This document shows, piece after piece, positions 19,125 through 27,969 of a DNA stretch of 64,000 bases. The stretch's first letter is position 1; each line of letters begins with the position of its first letter. A program made the position numbers and the translations under genes. A model generated the notes under the pieces. It was not told the origin of the DNA and did no database searches. It was given only the letters and a program-made list of their open reading frames with translations. Source of the DNA: an uncultured bacterium (GTDB lineage Bacteria; Planctomycetota; JAJSAM01; JAJVHW01); NCBI GenBank assembly GCA_937996235.1, contig CALKVK010000012.1, positions 145,139 to 209,138 on the forward strand. Direction: 5' to 3'.

Positions 19125-19690
19125 GGCCGGTCTCCTCCCCTGCTGCGGACGAAGCGCGTGGCGCGCCAGTCCTGCGCGTCGAGCGTGATGGCGTAGAGCG
19201 CGTCGTCGTCCCGCGGGACGGCGACGTGCGTGACGGACGAGTAGCCGAGGTGCGCGCCCTGCGAGGTCGCGGCGAGCACGCAGCCGGCACCGAACGCGCG
19301 GTGCCGCACGAACGCGGGGCGATCGGGCGGCGCGGGCCACGCCACGATGCCGACCGCGTGCGTCGCGCCCGCGTCGTCGGTCCACGTGAAGCAGAGCGGC
19401 GGCGGGAGCTGCGGTCCGAGCGAAGCGGGCGCCTGGTCGGTCGCGACGTCGCGCTGCGGCGCGACGAGCAGATCGGACGCGCCGAGCTCGACGCCGCCCC
19501 ACGGACCCGTGGCGCGCACGTCCACGCCGACCACGACCCGCCGGAGCGCGCCCGTCTCGGGTGCCGACGCCGCGTAGCCGAGGAGCACGTCGCCGCCCGT
19601 GAAGGGGTTCGGCAGCGCGCAGCCGGCGGCAGAAGCTGCGACGGCGAGCGCCGCGCCTCCCCGCACCAGCGCGCGCAGGTACCCACTCAC
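19121..19690 (-). CDS. Lipoprotein, third member of the tandem cluster (190 aa).
   Basis: GTG start at 19690 gives VSGYLRALVRGGAALAVAASAAGC (signal peptide + lipobox). The longer track ORF starting at 19816 carries a junk N-terminus. Confidence 0.5.
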   Translation of the reverse strand: MSGYLRALVRGGAALAVAASAAGCALPNPFTGGDVLLGYAASAPETGALRRVVVGVDVRATGPWGGVELGASDLLVAPQRDVATDQAPASLGPQLPPPLCFTWTDDAGATHAVGIVAWPAPPDRPAFVRHRAFGAGCVLAATSQGAHLGYSSVTHVAVPRDDDALYAITLDAQDWRATRFVRSRGGDRP

Positions 19691-19817
19691 GGAGCCCTCC
19701 CGGCGCGCGGCACGCGCGCCTCCCACATCCGCAGGGAGTCTACGGAGCCGGGACGCGGCGAATCCACCGTCGATTCGCTCCGTGAATGACGCAGCCTCGT
19801 GCGCGGAGGTCGGCACG

Positions 19818-20198
19818 ATGCCCCAGCGCTATCGCAGGAAGTCCGGAGCCGACGTGATCGCGGTCCGGCTCGCACTCGACACCGAGGGCTTCTCGTATCG
19901 CAAGTGGGGCGGCGTGCAGCGCTGCGCGGCCGGCGACTGGATCGTGGACAACGGCAGCGACGTCTACACCGTGAAGGCCGACGTGTTCGCGGCGACGTAC
20001 GGGCACGTGCGCGACGGCCGCTACCGCAAGACGGCGCCCGTCTGGGCCGAGCGGATGGCCGAGGCGGGCAGCGTCGCGACGAACGAGGGCGTCTCGCACT
20101 ACGTCGCGGGCGACTACGTCGTCTCGCACCACGCGGACCTGCGCGAGCCGTGGGCCGTCGCGGCCGCTGCGTTCGACGAGCTGTACGAGCCGGACTGA
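19818..20198 (+). CDS. Hypothetical protein (126 aa).
   Basis: Internal ATG at 19818 (MPQRYRRKSGADVIAVRLALDTEGFSYRKWGG...). Non-biased composition. Divergent from the lipoprotein cluster. Confidence 0.5.
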   Translation: MPQRYRRKSGADVIAVRLALDTEGFSYRKWGGVQRCAAGDWIVDNGSDVYTVKADVFAATYGHVRDGRYRKTAPVWAERMAEAGSVATNEGVSHYVAGDYVVSHHADLREPWAVAAAAFDELYEPD

Positions 20199-20207
20199 CG
20201 GCCGTCG

Positions 20208-21386
20208 TCACCTCTTCTCGGTCTCGCGGTCCGGCGGCGCATTCGCCTCCACGGGCCGGAACGACATCGGGAAGGTCATCGCGAGGCGCAGGCCGAGGGT
20301 CGCGTCCTCGCCGATCGCCACGGGCCGCGGCACCGAGACGTCGATCGTCGTCGCGGGGTCCGCGACCCGCCCCCCGCCGAGTGCGTCGCCGCCCCGCAGA
20401 TCCACGCGCAGCTCGACGCCGACGCGCGGGGCTCCCTCCGCACCGTCGGCCCGCGCGACGCCGTTCGTGGGCCACGATCCGAACGCGCCGGGCCACGCGT
20501 CGCCGGCCCACCACGTGCCGCCGCGCGCGAGGCCCTCGAGCTGCGAGCGCTGCCACGCGCCGCCGGGGACCGGCCGCGCCGTGACGTACTGCCACTCCGC
20601 GATCGAGGGCACGCGCAGCTCGTGTCGTCCGAGCACCGCGGAGAGCTCCTCCCACGTGAGGGCGAACGACCCGTCGTCCGCGACGACGCGCGCAGGAGGA
20701 GCGGCGCCGTCGAGGAGCGGCTCGAGGAGGTGGTTCCACTGCGCGAGCGTCGTGGGGCTCCTGGCGACGAGGAACGACTGCAGCCGGACGTGACGCTCGA
20801 CGACGCGCGCGCCGTTGTTCTGGGCGGTGCGCGTCGCAGGCAGCTCGAAGCTCTGGTCGGCCTCGCCGCCGGGCACGAGCACCATCACGAGCGCGGGATC
20901 GTCGCCGTCCGGCACGCGCCCCGTCGCCGGGTCGCGCAGCCGGATCGTGCCGGAGCCGACGACCGCGAACTCGAGGAGCCCCGTCTCGGGATCCGGGCCG
21001 AGCGGCACGATCGACGGCGACGCCTCGATGTGGAACCAGTCCGGCGGGCCGGACTCGGCTGCGTCCCCGTCCGTCCCCCGCCAGAGCACGACGCTGAACA
21101 GGTCGGCGTAGCGCGCGTCGCGCGGCAGCTCGTTGCGCAGCGCGTCCCAGAGCGCCTCCTGCTCGCGGCGCGACAGCGTCTGCCGCAGGACGACGGGCGT
21201 GGTGTCGGGCGGCGGCTCCAGACCGGCGAAGCCCTGCGTGTCGGGACCGGCGACGGCGTCGGGCAGCTCCTCCCCGACGAGCGCGCGACCGAACGCGGCA
21301 GCCGAGCCCGCGGCGCGTCCGCGCGACTCCGCCCCGCACGCGGCGACGACGAGTGCCAGCGCGAGCGGAAGAGCGCGCCGCGTCAC
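20208..21386 (-). CDS. Lipoprotein with formylglycine-generating-enzyme (FGE-sulfatase/SUMF1-like) domain. Last gene of the central operon.
   Basis: GTG at 21386 gives VTRRALPLALALVVAACG (lipobox). FGE-like motifs SFLVARSPTTLAQWNHLL and RVPSIAEWQYVTA (compare LPTEAEWEYAAR). The start overlaps the upstream stop (GTGA). Confidence 0.75.
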   Translation of the reverse strand: MTRRALPLALALVVAACGAESRGRAAGSAAAFGRALVGEELPDAVAGPDTQGFAGLEPPPDTTPVVLRQTLSRREQEALWDALRNELPRDARYADLFSVVLWRGTDGDAAESGPPDWFHIEASPSIVPLGPDPETGLLEFAVVGSGTIRLRDPATGRVPDGDDPALVMVLVPGGEADQSFELPATRTAQNNGARVVERHVRLQSFLVARSPTTLAQWNHLLEPLLDGAAPPARVVADDGSFALTWEELSAVLGRHELRVPSIAEWQYVTARPVPGGAWQRSQLEGLARGGTWWAGDAWPGAFGSWPTNGVARADGAEGAPRVGVELRVDLRGGDALGGGRVADPATTIDVSVPRPVAIGEDATLGLRLAMTFPMSFRPVEANAPPDRETEKR

Positions 21387-21973
21387 GCGCTCTCCCGCGG
21401 CGCGCGCAGGCGCGAGGACACCGCGCGCACCCAGGTGTCGGCGGCGAGTGCGTCGCCGAGGCCCTCCGCGACGGCGACGAACTCGTAGAGGCGATGGCGC
21501 CGGCGGCGGAACGACGCCGCGACCGTCAGAGCGCAGCACGCCAGGAGACCGTGACCGACTCCGAGCAGCACGACGTCGACGGCGAAGGATGGCGAGACCA
21601 CCGTGGACGCCCCCGAGCCGAGGAGTGCGAACGCCGTCCGCAGCACCGCCCAGAAGAGCAGCAACTCCACGAGGATGCGCGCACGCGACGCCGCCTCGTG
21701 CCGCCGCGACTCCGCCAGCGTCACGAGCGTCGGGTGGACGCACGCGACCGCGCCGACGACGAGCCACGCGAACGTGCGCGGTCCCGGAGTCGCCGCGTCG
21801 AGCGACGCGCCGCACGCGGCCGCGGCGAGTGCGACGCACGCGGTCGTCGCGAGGGGGACGGCCCAACCGCGCGACGTCCCCGGACCGGGCGACGGCTCGC
21901 GCGGGGCGAGCAGTTCCTCCCAGAGCGCGAGGGGCGCGCTGACCGGCGTCGACGGGCGCGAGGTATCGCTCAC
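21383..21973 (-). CDS. Small multipass membrane protein (~196 aa).
   Basis: Only the C-terminal ~196 aa of track ORF 21383..26242 are protein-like, with TM helices (WAVPLATTACVALAAAACG, AWLVVGAVACV, LVELLLFWAVLRTAFALLG, VVLLGVGHGLLACCALTVAA). GTG at 21973 overlaps the upstream stop (GTGA). Confidence 0.6.
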   Translation of the reverse strand: MSDTSRPSTPVSAPLALWEELLAPREPSPGPGTSRGWAVPLATTACVALAAAACGASLDAATPGPRTFAWLVVGAVACVHPTLVTLAESRRHEAASRARILVELLLFWAVLRTAFALLGSGASTVVSPSFAVDVVLLGVGHGLLACCALTVAASFRRRRHRLYEFVAVAEGLGDALAADTWVRAVSSRLRAPRESA

Positions 21974-24900
21974 GCCGGGAGCGCCTCGCCGTGCTCCATG
22001 TCGTCCTCCAGATCGTCCTCCATGTCGTGCTCCGCCTGCTGCGCCTCGGCGGGCGAGCCGGCCTCGACCGCGGGCTCCGCCGTCTCGGCCCAGTCCAGCT
22101 CGACGTCCACGTCGAGCGCGTCCGAGCCCGTCGTCTCCGCTTCGGTCGCCCCGGCCGCCGCCGCGGCCTCCTGCGCGCGACGGCGCCGCGACATGACGAA
22201 CCCGATGGCGCCGCCGAGCACCGCGAGACCGATCCAGACGAGGAACGCCCAGCGCGCCACGTCCGCCATCCACGCCGTCGCGGCGGCGAGGGCGCGCAGT
22301 CCGAGCCACGTGCCCGCGCACGCCACGGCGACCACGACCAGCCGGCGCGGCGCGACGTCCACGGGCCGCAGCGCGCCGCGGCGTTCGTTGCGCACGTGGA
22401 CGAGGAGCGCCGCCCCCGCCGCCGCGAGGAACGCGCCGCCGACGGCCGTGCGCAGCACGCCGGGACTCGCCGCGGGCGCGAGCACGTCGAGGCGCCACGC
22501 GAGCAGCGCGAGCCAGCCGAGCGGCACGAGGTGCGCGGCCGCCCACACCGGCGGCGCGTACCGCGGTGCGTCGCGCGCCGCGGCGGCGCGCTCGGATGCG
22601 GGACGTTCGTCCGCGAGCAGCGCCGAGACGACACGGTCCACCGGCAGCGCCGACAGCGCGCGCTCGAGTCGCCCGGGTGCGACGGCGTCGGCGTGACGTC
22701 GCGCGCACGCCGCGGTCCGCGCGAGCACGACGACGAGCACGAGCACCTCGACGACGAGGAGCGCACGCCAGTCGTCCCACGTCGCCGCGCGCGCCGCGTC
22801 GAGGACGGCGCCCGACCCGCCGTGGTGGCCGAGCAGCGCGCCGACGTGCAGGAGCAGCAGCTCGGACGCGAAGAGCCACCAGCGTCCGCGCAGGTCGGAC
22901 CGCGCCGCGGAAGCGCCGCACCCGAGCGCGTACACCGCGACGACCGGCATGACGACGTCTCCGACGCCGAGCTGGGCGAGGCCCCACCCGAGCGCCCACG
23001 CGACACCGAACGTGCACGGCGGCGCAAGCCACCACGTGCGCTCGGGACGCCGCTGCGCATCCGCCGACGCGGCACGCGGAGCGCGCCGCAGCAGCGCGGC
23101 GACGGAGCGTCGCACGCGCACGCCGAGGCCGTCGTCGGCGAACCCCAGGAACACCGTGTCGCGCAGCGCGTCCGCGTCCGGGTCGTCGGCCGTGGCCGAG
23201 CGGCGCCGCGCCTCGGCGAGGCGGCGCAGCCACGGACGCTCCTCGACCGCCACCTCGAGAGCGTCCGGGTCGGACGCGGACGCCGGGACGAGCCACGCGA
23301 GGAAGCTCGCACGGATCTCGCGCGCGAGCGGCTCGGGGAGCGCTTCGGTCAGGTGGCGCCGCAGCCAGTCCGGGAAGACGCCCGCGCGCATCCACGGCAG
23401 CCGCACCAGCCGCGTGAGGTCGGCGGACGTCCACGCGTCGGAGCCGTCGGTGTGCGCGAAGACCAGGTCGCCGAGCCGCTGGGTGAGGCCGTGGTGCACC
23501 TGCGGGTACACGGCGCACGCGCAGAGCCATGCGTACGTCTGCGGTCCGAGATACGCGCGCAGTTCCGCCAGCACGCGCGCGACCTCGTGCTCGGGCGGCG
23601 ACCCCGACGCGAGCCAGCGCTCCGCGCCGGCGCGCAGCGTGGGCGGGAACGCGGCGCGCCCGCCCGCGCCGCGGTGCGCGTCGAACGCGGCGAGGTCGCC
23701 GGGCGCCGCCGCGCGCGCCGGGGTCTCGAGGGCCGCGACCGCGAGACCGTCGGCGAGGACGGCGCGCTCCTCGTGCGACCACTCGTCGCGCGCGGCCGGG
23801 ACCACGGCAGAGCGTTGCGCCCACGCGTCGAGCCCCGCGAGCCACGGTGCCGCGCCGCCGCGCGGATCCCGGAACGTGGACGCCTCCGCGAACACCAGCA
23901 GCCGCCGGTCGCGCAGGCGTCCGACGAGGTCGTCGAGCCGCTCGGCGCGCTCCCCGCCGCGGCGCCGCACGACGCGCGGATCGCGCGAGAACTCGAAGCG
24001 CTCGACGTGCACGCCCTCCGACTCCAGACGGTCGAGCACGGCTGCGACGTGGTCGGCCTGCGCGTCGGCGGCGCTGCGCCGATCGACGAGCGCGACGTAC
24101 TCCGGCGTCTGCGGACGCGAGCGCAGGACGGGCGTCGGCAGGCCGCCCGCGGCGACGGTGCGCTCCACGCTGCGTTCGACGTCGAGGTCGCCGGTCACGA
24201 CGTCGGCGTGTGTGCGCAGGCGCGCGATGTCGGCGCGCAGCGTCGGGGCCACCGCGGAGCCGCGCGTGTGCTGCGGCACGGTCAGGAAGGCCGGCCGCGC
24301 GTCGTCCGCGACGACGCCGCGCCGCACGTAGGCGCGCGCGATTCCGCGGCGCACGACGACGCCGACCAGGAACACGCCCGCCAGCGCGGCCACGAACGGC
24401 AGCGGCGACGGCGCGGGCGCGCCCACGCGCCACACGCGCAGCGTGCCGTCGAGCGACGACGTCGCGATGAACGCACCGTCGGGGCTGAAACGCGCGTCGG
24501 TCACGGCTCCCGTGTGACCGAGCAGCACGCGCTCGAGGGCGCCGGTCCGGGCGTCCCAGACGCGGGCCGTCATGTCGGCGCTCGCGGTGACGATGCGCGT
24601 GCCGTCGGGACTCCAGTCGCCTCCCGTCACCCAGCCGTCGTGTCCGCGCAGCGCCACCACGGCGCCGTTCGTCACGTCGTAGATCCGCGCGACGTCGTCG
24701 GTGCGCGTGACCAACAGGGAGACGGAGTCCGGCGAGAACGCGATGGTCGCCAGGTCGCCGCGCGGTCCGGACCACGCCCGCGCCTGCGACCCGGTACCTG
24801 CGTCGAAGGTCCGAAGCGTGCCGTCCTCCGCGACTGCGGCGATCCAGTCGCCCGACGGACTCCACGCCACGGCGTGAGCAGGCGATCCACCAGTCGGCAG

Positions 24901-26964
24901 ATCTGCAGCGGTGCTGCCCGTCACAGCATCGACCACGCGCACGAGCGCGTCGTCGCACGCAGCCGCGATTCGTCCGCCGTCCGGGCTCCACGCGATGTCC
25001 TTGGCGCCCTCCATCGACGAGAGCCAGCGGACCTCGGCGCCTGTCCGACCGTCGCAAACGTGGACGGTCGCAGTGTCGGAGAGCGCGATCTGCCCGCCGT
25101 CCGGGCGGAAGCGTACTCGCCAAACGATCCTCCAGCGACCGGTCAGGGGACTGCTGGAGGCGCCCGTGCGCGTATCGAACAGCGCGTACGTCGCCAGACG
25201 GGATCCGTCCGGGCTCCACGCCGCATCCACCACAGGGAGTTCGTGCGGGCCGACATGCACGACCGCATCCGCGCCCGCCGCTGCGAAGATGGACGCGGCG
25301 CCGCGGACGGAGAGCGCCGCGATCCTCGTTCCGTCCGGACTCCAGCGAAGTCCGCGCAGCCGGTCCGATCCGGGCGTCGAGCGCCACGTGACTGCGTCCT
25401 CGAGGTGGGTCACGTCGAAGAGCGTGGCCGACGGGGACTCGCCGACGACCACGCGTCTGCCGTCCGCGGCCCAGGCGACGGCGACTGCGCCAGCCGTCTC
25501 CGCCGCGGTGCTGCGCGAGTCCAGCTCTCCCAGTTGCTCTCCCGTCACCGTGTCCCAAACCCGGGCCCCGGCATCCGACGCCGTCGCGATCCGTGTTCCG
25601 TCCGGGCTGAACGAACACGCGCTGACGACGCCGTCGGGGCTGGAGAGCTCGACGCTCGGTGCATCGCCGCTCACGGGCCAGACGCGTGCACCCTGATCCG
25701 CATACGCGACGAACCGGCTGCCATCTGCGCTCCACGACGCTCCGTGCAGCATGCCGCGCTGGATCTCGACCTCCGCCACGGTCACCGGCGCCGGGCCCTC
25801 CACGTCCCACACGCGCACCGTGCCGCCCTCGGACGCGACGAGCAGCCGGCGCGTGCCGGCGTGCCACGCGATCGCGCGGATCGGGAGCGGATGCGCCTGC
25901 AGCGCAGCGAACTCCGGCTGTTCCTGCGACGCGCTCCAGAGCCGCACGCTGCCGTCCTCGCAGCCCGTCGCCACGCGGCCGCCCGACAGCCACGACACGG
26001 CGGTGACCGGGGACGCGCACTCGAGGACGCTCGCGGTCGTCCCGTCCGCAGCGCTCCAGACACGGGCCGTGCCGTCGTCGGAGCCGCTGACGACGTGTGT
26101 CCCCGCCGCGTTCCACTCCGCCGCACGCACACGTCCCGTGTGCTCTGCGTACCCGACCACGTTCCGACCCGACTCGACGTCCCACACGCGCGCCGTCCCG
26201 TCCTCGGACGCCGTCAGCACGCGCGTGCCGTCGGGACTCCACGCGGCCTGCGTCAGCCGCTTCGAGTGGCCGGCGAGGACCGCATCGCAGCCGCCGTCGA
26301 GGTCCCAGAGACGAGCCGTGCCGTCGTCCGAACCGGTCAACAGGTGCTGCCCCTGCGGCGAGAACGAGACGAACGTGACCGCGGACTCGTGGCCGAGGAG
26401 CACGGGCGGCGACCAGCGCGAGCGGGTCCGCTCCACGTCCACGACCTGGAAGTCCGCCGACGACGTCGCCGGCGGCGGCTCGACTCCGACCGATCGAACG
26501 ACCTGCTGCGGCGGTCCCGGCTCCGGCTCGACGACGGGGTCGGACTGCGGCGGCGTGGGCCGGAACACGTCGAGCGCCCAGAGCGCTGCGACGCCAAGGG
26601 CGAGCACGACGAGCACCGCGAGCGCGACGCGCACCGTGCGCGATCCCGGGGCGGGCGTCCGCGGCGGCGCGCGTCGCGCGGGCCCCCTGCCACGGTCCGC
26701 GGTCGGTGCGACCGCGGGTGCGCCGCCGCGCCGCAGGCGCTCGCGCAGGTCGCGCTGCTCGTGCGGCGAGCGCGCGATCAGCGGCGCGAGCCAGTCGGCG
26801 ACGTCGTCCGGCGTCTCCCCCGCGGCGCCGCGTGCGACGAGCGCGAGGAACGCCTCCTGCACGACCAGGTGCTCCTCGACGCCGACGCCCCAGCCCTCGC
26901 GCCGCAGCTCGCGCAGGAGCGCGTGCAGCGCGGCGAGGCGCTCGGAGTCGGCGGGACCGCTCAC
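21970..26964 (-). CDS. Giant WD40-repeat / multipass membrane protein (~1664 aa). N-terminal helical region, one TM, at least 12 WD40 blades, a long middle region, and a C-terminal polytopic membrane domain with an acidic tail.
   Basis: GTG at 26964 overlaps the MoxR stop (GTGA). Canonical WD40 units (GHSKRLTQAAWSPDGTRVLTASEDGTARVWDVESG and similar, repeated). C-terminal hydrophobic helices. Ends ...DDLEDDMEHGEALPA at 21970. Confidence 0.8.
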   Translation of the reverse strand: MSGPADSERLAALHALLRELRREGWGVGVEEHLVVQEAFLALVARGAAGETPDDVADWLAPLIARSPHEQRDLRERLRRGGAPAVAPTADRGRGPARRAPPRTPAPGSRTVRVALAVLVVLALGVAALWALDVFRPTPPQSDPVVEPEPGPPQQVVRSVGVEPPPATSSADFQVVDVERTRSRWSPPVLLGHESAVTFVSFSPQGQHLLTGSDDGTARLWDLDGGCDAVLAGHSKRLTQAAWSPDGTRVLTASEDGTARVWDVESGRNVVGYAEHTGRVRAAEWNAAGTHVVSGSDDGTARVWSAADGTTASVLECASPVTAVSWLSGGRVATGCEDGSVRLWSASQEQPEFAALQAHPLPIRAIAWHAGTRRLLVASEGGTVRVWDVEGPAPVTVAEVEIQRGMLHGASWSADGSRFVAYADQGARVWPVSGDAPSVELSSPDGVVSACSFSPDGTRIATASDAGARVWDTVTGEQLGELDSRSTAAETAGAVAVAWAADGRRVVVGESPSATLFDVTHLEDAVTWRSTPGSDRLRGLRWSPDGTRIAALSVRGAASIFAAAGADAVVHVGPHELPVVDAAWSPDGSRLATYALFDTRTGASSSPLTGRWRIVWRVRFRPDGGQIALSDTATVHVCDGRTGAEVRWLSSMEGAKDIAWSPDGGRIAAACDDALVRVVDAVTGSTAADLPTGGSPAHAVAWSPSGDWIAAVAEDGTLRTFDAGTGSQARAWSGPRGDLATIAFSPDSVSLLVTRTDDVARIYDVTNGAVVALRGHDGWVTGGDWSPDGTRIVTASADMTARVWDARTGALERVLLGHTGAVTDARFSPDGAFIATSSLDGTLRVWRVGAPAPSPLPFVAALAGVFLVGVVVRRGIARAYVRRGVVADDARPAFLTVPQHTRGSAVAPTLRADIARLRTHADVVTGDLDVERSVERTVAAGGLPTPVLRSRPQTPEYVALVDRRSAADAQADHVAAVLDRLESEGVHVERFEFSRDPRVVRRRGGERAERLDDLVGRLRDRRLLVFAEASTFRDPRGGAAPWLAGLDAWAQRSAVVPAARDEWSHEERAVLADGLAVAALETPARAAAPGDLAAFDAHRGAGGRAAFPPTLRAGAERWLASGSPPEHEVARVLAELRAYLGPQTYAWLCACAVYPQVHHGLTQRLGDLVFAHTDGSDAWTSADLTRLVRLPWMRAGVFPDWLRRHLTEALPEPLAREIRASFLAWLVPASASDPDALEVAVEERPWLRRLAEARRRSATADDPDADALRDTVFLGFADDGLGVRVRRSVAALLRRAPRAASADAQRRPERTWWLAPPCTFGVAWALGWGLAQLGVGDVVMPVVAVYALGCGASAARSDLRGRWWLFASELLLLHVGALLGHHGGSGAVLDAARAATWDDWRALLVVEVLVLVVVLARTAACARRHADAVAPGRLERALSALPVDRVVSALLADERPASERAAAARDAPRYAPPVWAAAHLVPLGWLALLAWRLDVLAPAASPGVLRTAVGGAFLAAAGAALLVHVRNERRGALRPVDVAPRRLVVVAVACAGTWLGLRALAAATAWMADVARWAFLVWIGLAVLGGAIGFVMSRRRRAQEAAAAAGATEAETTGSDALDVDVELDWAETAEPAVEAGSPAEAQQAEHDMEDDLEDDMEHGEALPA

Positions 26965-27956
26965 GCGCCCCCGCGCCCCGCCTTCCACGTCGCGAAGATG
27001 CGACGCGCCGCCGCGAGATCCTCCTGGCCCTTCACGAGCGTTCCGAGGTCGCCGTCGGCCGACGCGGCGAGCGGGTTCGCGACGCCTTCCCCGGCGGAGC
27101 GCCGCAGCGCGGCGAGCCAGTCGATGAGCTCGGACGTCGCCGGCGGCTTGCGCAGGGGCGGCCGCGCGTCGCGCAGCGCACGGAAGAGCGCGAGCGCGTC
27201 CTTCACGAAGGCGCTGCCGGGCGCCGCCCAGGAGCCGAGGCGGCTCACGAGGATCTCGCCGAGGCGCTCCTCGTCGGGGAACTCGATGTGGTGGTAGACG
27301 CAGCGGCGCAGGAACGCGTCCGGCAGGTTGCGCTCGGAGTTGCTCGTCACGATGACGATCGGGCGCAGCGCGGGGTCCGCGGCGATCGCCGCGATGCCGA
27401 GCTCCGCCACGCGGAACTCCATCCGCTCGATCTCGGCGAGCAGGTCGTTCGGGAAGTCGCGCGGCGCCTTGTCGACCTCGTCGATCAGCACGACGCTGCG
27501 CCGCGGACCGTCGTGTGCGAACTCCGACGGCAGCCACGTCGCGACCTCGCCCGACTCGCGCGACAGCAGCACCGCGCGGCCGAGCGCCTCGTAGCGCAGG
27601 AAGCGCAGCCCGTCGGCGAGCGAGCTCCCGCCCGCGTCGCGCGCGTGGAAGCGGCCGAGCGCGTCGTACGTGTAGAAGAGGTGCCGCGCCTCGCTCGTCG
27701 ACTTCGTGTCGAAGCGCAGCGGCGCGCCGAGCCGCAGCTCCCACGCCACGCTGTAGGCGAGCTGCGTCTTGCCGGTGCCCGGTTCGCCGGTGAGCAGCAG
27801 CGGGCGGCCGAGCAGGATCGCGAGGTCCACGGCGCGGCGCAGCCGCGCGTCCACGCGGTAGCCGGCGGGGTCCTCCGCACGCGCGCGATCGACGGACGGC
27901 AGGTCGACGGCCGGCGCCTCGCGACGCTCGCCGCTCCCGCGGTAGATCATGTCCAT
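26961..27956 (-). CDS. MoxR-like AAA+ ATPase (AAA_5 family, 331 aa).
   Basis: Walker A LLLTGEPGTGKT; Walker B VVLIDEVDKA; sensor and arginine-finger region IVIVTSNSERNLPDAFLRRC. Length is typical of MoxR. Confidence 0.9.
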   Translation of the reverse strand: MDMIYRGSGERREAPAVDLPSVDRARAEDPAGYRVDARLRRAVDLAILLGRPLLLTGEPGTGKTQLAYSVAWELRLGAPLRFDTKSTSEARHLFYTYDALGRFHARDAGGSSLADGLRFLRYEALGRAVLLSRESGEVATWLPSEFAHDGPRRSVVLIDEVDKAPRDFPNDLLAEIERMEFRVAELGIAAIAADPALRPIVIVTSNSERNLPDAFLRRCVYHHIEFPDEERLGEILVSRLGSWAAPGSAFVKDALALFRALRDARPPLRKPPATSELIDWLAALRRSAGEGVANPLAASADGDLGTLVKGQEDLAAARRIFATWKAGRGGA

Positions 27957-27969
27957 GGGCAGTCCTCCG

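Noticed and set aside
21991-27297. 1768-aa plus-strand ORF
   Set aside because: Antisense to the WD40 giant and MoxR genes, with a junk translation.
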